Below, piece after piece: positions 60,828 through 64,000 of a stretch of 64,000 nucleotides of DNA; the stretch's first letter is position 1; the number at the start of each line of letters is the position of its first letter. The stretch spans positions 64,001 through 128,000 of the forward strand of contig CAXXTH010000018.1 in NCBI GenBank assembly GCA_963668025.2, in the 5' to 3' direction. Source of the DNA: Candidatus Hydrogenedentota bacterium (lineage in GTDB: Bacteria > Hydrogenedentota > Hydrogenedentia > Hydrogenedentales > SLHB01). The position numbers and the translations under genes are program-made. The notes beneath the pieces were generated by a model. It saw only the letters and a list, made by a program, of their open reading frames with translations, had not been told where the DNA came from and did no database searches.

Positions 60828-60968
60828 ACATGATTTACAAGATTAAACAAGATTTTTTTGATGTTGATTTCGCTGCCCCCAAAACGCGTTCGGGTGCTTC
60901 ATGGATTAGCTTTCAGATCCTTTGATTACCTTTACGATGTCCAATCTGGTTCATCTTGTAAATCATGT
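60828..60968. repeat. MITE/REP-like element with about 27-bp terminal inverted repeats
   Basis: ACATGATTTACAAGAT (60828-60843) is the exact reverse complement of 60953-60968; pairing extends imperfectly inward. Confidence 0.75.
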
Positions 60969-61039
60969 CTAAAAAGGCTCTTGCTTCATTCCGCTAAAGT
61001 GCTACGAATCCACATGCTAAAGCTTTTCCGCAAAATCAC

Positions 61040-62317
61040 TTACTCATGCCGTAAAGCGTCAACCGGATCCATGTTGGCGGCGCGTAGAGCGGGATAGATG
61101 CCGAATACGACGCCGATGATGGCGCTGATCGAGAAGGCGATGAGCGGCGACCAGAAGGTAATGATGGTTTTCATTTCCGCAAAATGGGTGATCAAGATAG
61201 GTATGGCAAGGCCGAGGGCGACGCCGATGACGCCACCTGTGCCAGAAAGCAGAACGGTCTCGATGAGGAATTGGAATACGATATCGCGGCGTTTAGCCCC
61301 CAGAGCGCGGCGGATGCCTATCTCGCGGGTACGCTCGGTGACCGTGGCGAGCATGATATTCATGATGCCGATGCCCCCTACCAGGAGGCTGATGGCCGCT
61401 ACGGAGCCGAGGACGATATTAAAGAGGCGCTTAGTCTCTTCCGCTTGCTGCAAGAGCTTCAAAGGCACAATAATGTCGTAGTCGTGCTTTTTATGTTTTG
61501 CCGCAAGGATATCGCCAATGATGAGCGATGTATCGAGCACATCTTCTTGCCGGATGACTTGGATGGTGGCTTCATGCAATTCCACCACTTCAGCAGATAT
61601 ATTTCCGCTGCTCATCTTAACAATGGTTTCTCCGAAGCGGCTTTTTGCGGCGCTCAGCGGAATGTACATGCTGTTTGGGGCGCCTTTTGACTCTCCATCG
61701 GTAATTTGATCTGGTTTCTTAACAGCCTCACGCTTCGCGGCGGCAACACCAATCACTCGGTAATAGCTCGAATCAACGCGCACATCCCGCCCGATGGGAT
61801 CATCAATGGGGAAGAGCTGATTGGCCATACCCTCCTCGATGACGCATACATTACGCTTCGTATCGAGTTCATCTTCACTAAAAAACCGGCCTTTCAAGAT
61901 GCTGAGGTTGGATACTTCCGGATACCACGGCATCGTACCTTTTATGTCACAGTCGACGCGCCGGGAGGCGTTCCAGACATTGTTCCGTATAATACGCTGA
62001 GGGACCACCACTTCAATTCCTGGGATGGTGGATTTGATGCGTTGCACATCATTGTAGGTAATGCCATATTCCACGACAAAAGAACGTTCCGTGGAAACCG
62101 CCTGCTCTTCAGGGGGCTTAACGCTGCGGATAATGATATTGCTACTGCCAAGCTGCCGGATGCGCTCTTGCACTTCAAAGCTAAGCCCTTCGCCTATGGC
62201 CAGCATGGAAATGACGGAGCATACGCCAAACACGATGCCCAGGACCGTGAGCAGGGAACGAAGGCGGTGGACCCACAAGCTTTTAAGGCCGAGCACCAAA
62301 GCGCGTTTGAGGCGCAT
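61040..62317 (-). CDS. MacB/FtsX-type ABC transporter permease (start could be 62380)
   Basis: RSLLTVLGIVFGV, LVGGIGIMNIMLATVTERTREIGIRRALGA, PALRAANMDPVDALRHE. Confidence 0.92.
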   Translation of the reverse strand: MRLKRALVLGLKSLWVHRLRSLLTVLGIVFGVCSVISMLAIGEGLSFEVQERIRQLGSSNIIIRSVKPPEEQAVSTERSFVVEYGITYNDVQRIKSTIPGIEVVVPQRIIRNNVWNASRRVDCDIKGTMPWYPEVSNLSILKGRFFSEDELDTKRNVCVIEEGMANQLFPIDDPIGRDVRVDSSYYRVIGVAAAKREAVKKPDQITDGESKGAPNSMYIPLSAAKSRFGETIVKMSSGNISAEVVELHEATIQVIRQEDVLDTSLIIGDILAAKHKKHDYDIIVPLKLLQQAEETKRLFNIVLGSVAAISLLVGGIGIMNIMLATVTERTREIGIRRALGAKRRDIVFQFLIETVLLSGTGGVIGVALGLAIPILITHFAEMKTIITFWSPLIAFSISAIIGVVFGIYPALRAANMDPVDALRHE

Positions 62318-62366
62318 AGGCGAAAAGCCTAGCAAGCGATGAATAAAAGTGATGTCTATATGATGA

Positions 62367-63068
62367 TTATCGGCGTACATCAGCTTCGACCTGTCCATCG
62401 CGCAATCGAATTACACGCTGCGCCCGTTCCGTGATATCTTCCGCATGGGTAACCATGATGAGCGTCTTGCCTTGCTGATGGAGTTCGTCGAAAACGCCCA
62501 GAATCTCCGCGCCTGATACGCTATCGAGGTTTCCGGTCGGTTCGTCGGCCAAAATAATGAGGGGATCGTTCGCCATCGCGCGGGCGATGGCCACGCGCTG
62601 CTGCTGTCCGCCTGAGAGCTCGAACGGTTTATGATTCAAGCGTTCGGTGAGGCCTACGCGCTCCGCCAATTGCAGGGCGCGTTCGCGGCTGAGGGATTCC
62701 GGGCAGCCTTGATAATAAAGGGGCACTTCGATATTCTCGAGCACCGATAATTGCTGGATCAGGTTGTACGACTGGAAGATGAATCCAATACGGGCTCCTC
62801 GAATGGAGGACAAACTGTCATCATCAAGAATCGAGACATCCTCCCCGCCAAGCAGATATTTGCCCGACGTAGGCCGATCCAGGCATCCTAATACGTTGAG
62901 CAATGTCGATTTTCCGCAACCACTTGGCCCCATGATGGTGACATATTCGCCACGGCCAAAACGAATATCCACTCCACGGAGGGCCTCCACGAGAATGGCT
63001 CCCATCATGTAGGTTTTGTAGACGCCTTCAATCTCTACAATAGCGCCATTTTCCACTGTGGACGCCAT
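62367..63068 (-). CDS. MacB/LolD-type ABC transporter ATP-binding protein
   Basis: [32 protein letters not shown]. Confidence 0.94.
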   Translation of the reverse strand: MASTVENGAIVEIEGVYKTYMMGAILVEALRGVDIRFGRGEYVTIMGPSGCGKSTLLNVLGCLDRPTSGKYLLGGEDVSILDDDSLSSIRGARIGFIFQSYNLIQQLSVLENIEVPLYYQGCPESLSRERALQLAERVGLTERLNHKPFELSGGQQQRVAIARAMANDPLIILADEPTGNLDSVSGAEILGVFDELHQQGKTLIMVTHAEDITERAQRVIRLRDGQVEADVRR

Positions 63069-64000
63069 TATGACGCCACCTGTGGGTCCGCTTGAGCAGG
63101 CTGCTCCGGTTTGGACTCGGTGTCGCCAGAGCCTGGAGCGGCCTCCTCGGTTTTATCTGGCTCGCCCTTACCTGTTTTTTGCTCTATAGGAGAAGGCGCA
63201 CGCAATAACACCGTATCGCCTTCATCCAAACCTTTTTGCACCTCGATATATTCATCATTGAAAGCGCCCACTTCGACCACACGCCGCTCGGCGTTGCCCA
63301 GTGCGCTTTCAACATAGCATACGCGCTGGCCTTCATTAGAGAAAACAGCCTGTATAGGCACATATATCACATCGTCGAGCTGCTCGACCATAATCTCCAC
63401 ATCGGCGCTCATGCCCGGTTTGAGCCATTCGTTGACGCCGCCAATGCTTGCCGTGACGTTGTATACCTTTATATCCGGGTTCATCCAACGCTGGGAGGAA
63501 TCGGGCAAAACCGATACTTTCGTGATTTCGCCATCCAGTACGCGGTCAGGAAATGAATCCAGCCGAATGATGCATTTCTGGCCTTTCTGGACCTTTTTAA
63601 TCGAGGACTCATGCACTTTCACTTCCACCGACATTTTCGTCATATCGGGGATGGTAATGATATCTTGCCGCTCGCGAATAGTGGCGCCTGGCTCGATGCG
63701 GTCATTCCGCCACGGCTCGTCGCTTCCGGCATATACGACAAGGCCTGTGCGCTCCGCGCAAAGCGTGCATTTGTCGATTTGCTCATATAAATCTTTACGC
63801 CGTTTTGTCTGCAAATTATGTTTGGCTTCGTTTGATTTCATCCGGGCTTCCGATTGCGCGAGTTCGGAGGCGGCCTGCTGCCAGGTACGATCGAGCTTGC
63901 GCAATGCTTCTTCGAAGTCCGAAAGGAGCTTCTCCGCATTTTTTGGAAATTCGTATTTCATAAACAGTTCTTGAGCGATGCGGGAGGCCTCAGCGGAATT
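63068..64000 (-). CDS. Efflux periplasmic adaptor (MacA/HlyD family), 5'-truncated by the window edge
   Basis: Frame open to 64000; coiled-coil hairpin, V.VHESSI, LKPGMSADVEI, VPIQAV, GL.EGD.V. Confidence 0.9.
   Translation of the reverse strand, partial: NSAEASRIAQELFMKYEFPKNAEKLLSDFEEALRKLDRTWQQAASELAQSEARMKSNEAKHNLQTKRRKDLYEQIDKCTLCAERTGLVVYAGSDEPWRNDRIEPGATIRERQDIITIPDMTKMSVEVKVHESSIKKVQKGQKCIIRLDSFPDRVLDGEITKVSVLPDSSQRWMNPDIKVYNVTASIGGVNEWLKPGMSADVEIMVEQLDDVIYVPIQAVFSNEGQRVCYVESALGNAERRVVEVGAFNDEYIEVQKGLDEGDTVLLRAPSPIEQKTGKGEPDKTEEAAPGSGDTESKPEQPAQADPQVAS

Overview
Bacterial chromosomal window, roughly 55% GC by eye, with several very AT-rich intergenic blocks. Gene style suggests a Hydrogenedentota or PVC-like anaerobe (prepilin/H-X9-DG protein, LP-GL C-terminal sorting tails, FHA-sigma54 activator); this is inference. 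Bases 1-6307 are the right end of an integrative element inserted in tRNA-Asn. It carries a type III R-M system with a KilA-N gene between mod and res, plus an ORF6N gene and a tyrosine integrase that each have a +1 frameshift, and it ends in a duplicated tRNA 3' half. Next is a UPF0489 gene flanked by 28-bp direct repeats. Bases 7.8-21.6 kb hold a carbohydrate locus beside a divergent LacI gene: DUF1559 prepilin, glycyl-radical activase, atypical glycyl-radical enzyme (ACWE / RVWGWS motifs), GH51-like, surface beta-helix protein, GH2 and a sugar ABC transporter. Then come leuB, two tandem 335-aa Ig surface proteins, two GH39s around an NCS1-like permease, sodA, GH78, cysC, a large acidic coiled-coil protein followed by a stand-alone ftsA, glgP, DeoR, a GH4-UroD-DUF1638-CPBP operon, mutL-miaA, an 18-unit heptamer tandem repeat, an MsbA-like exporter, an FHA-GAF sigma54 activator, an MFS gene and a MacAB-type efflux operon. 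The best candidates for undescribed biology are the radical-enzyme sugar locus, the Cys-containing C-terminal sorting signal and the repeat-flanked cassette. No database searches were run; family calls rest on motif recognition.
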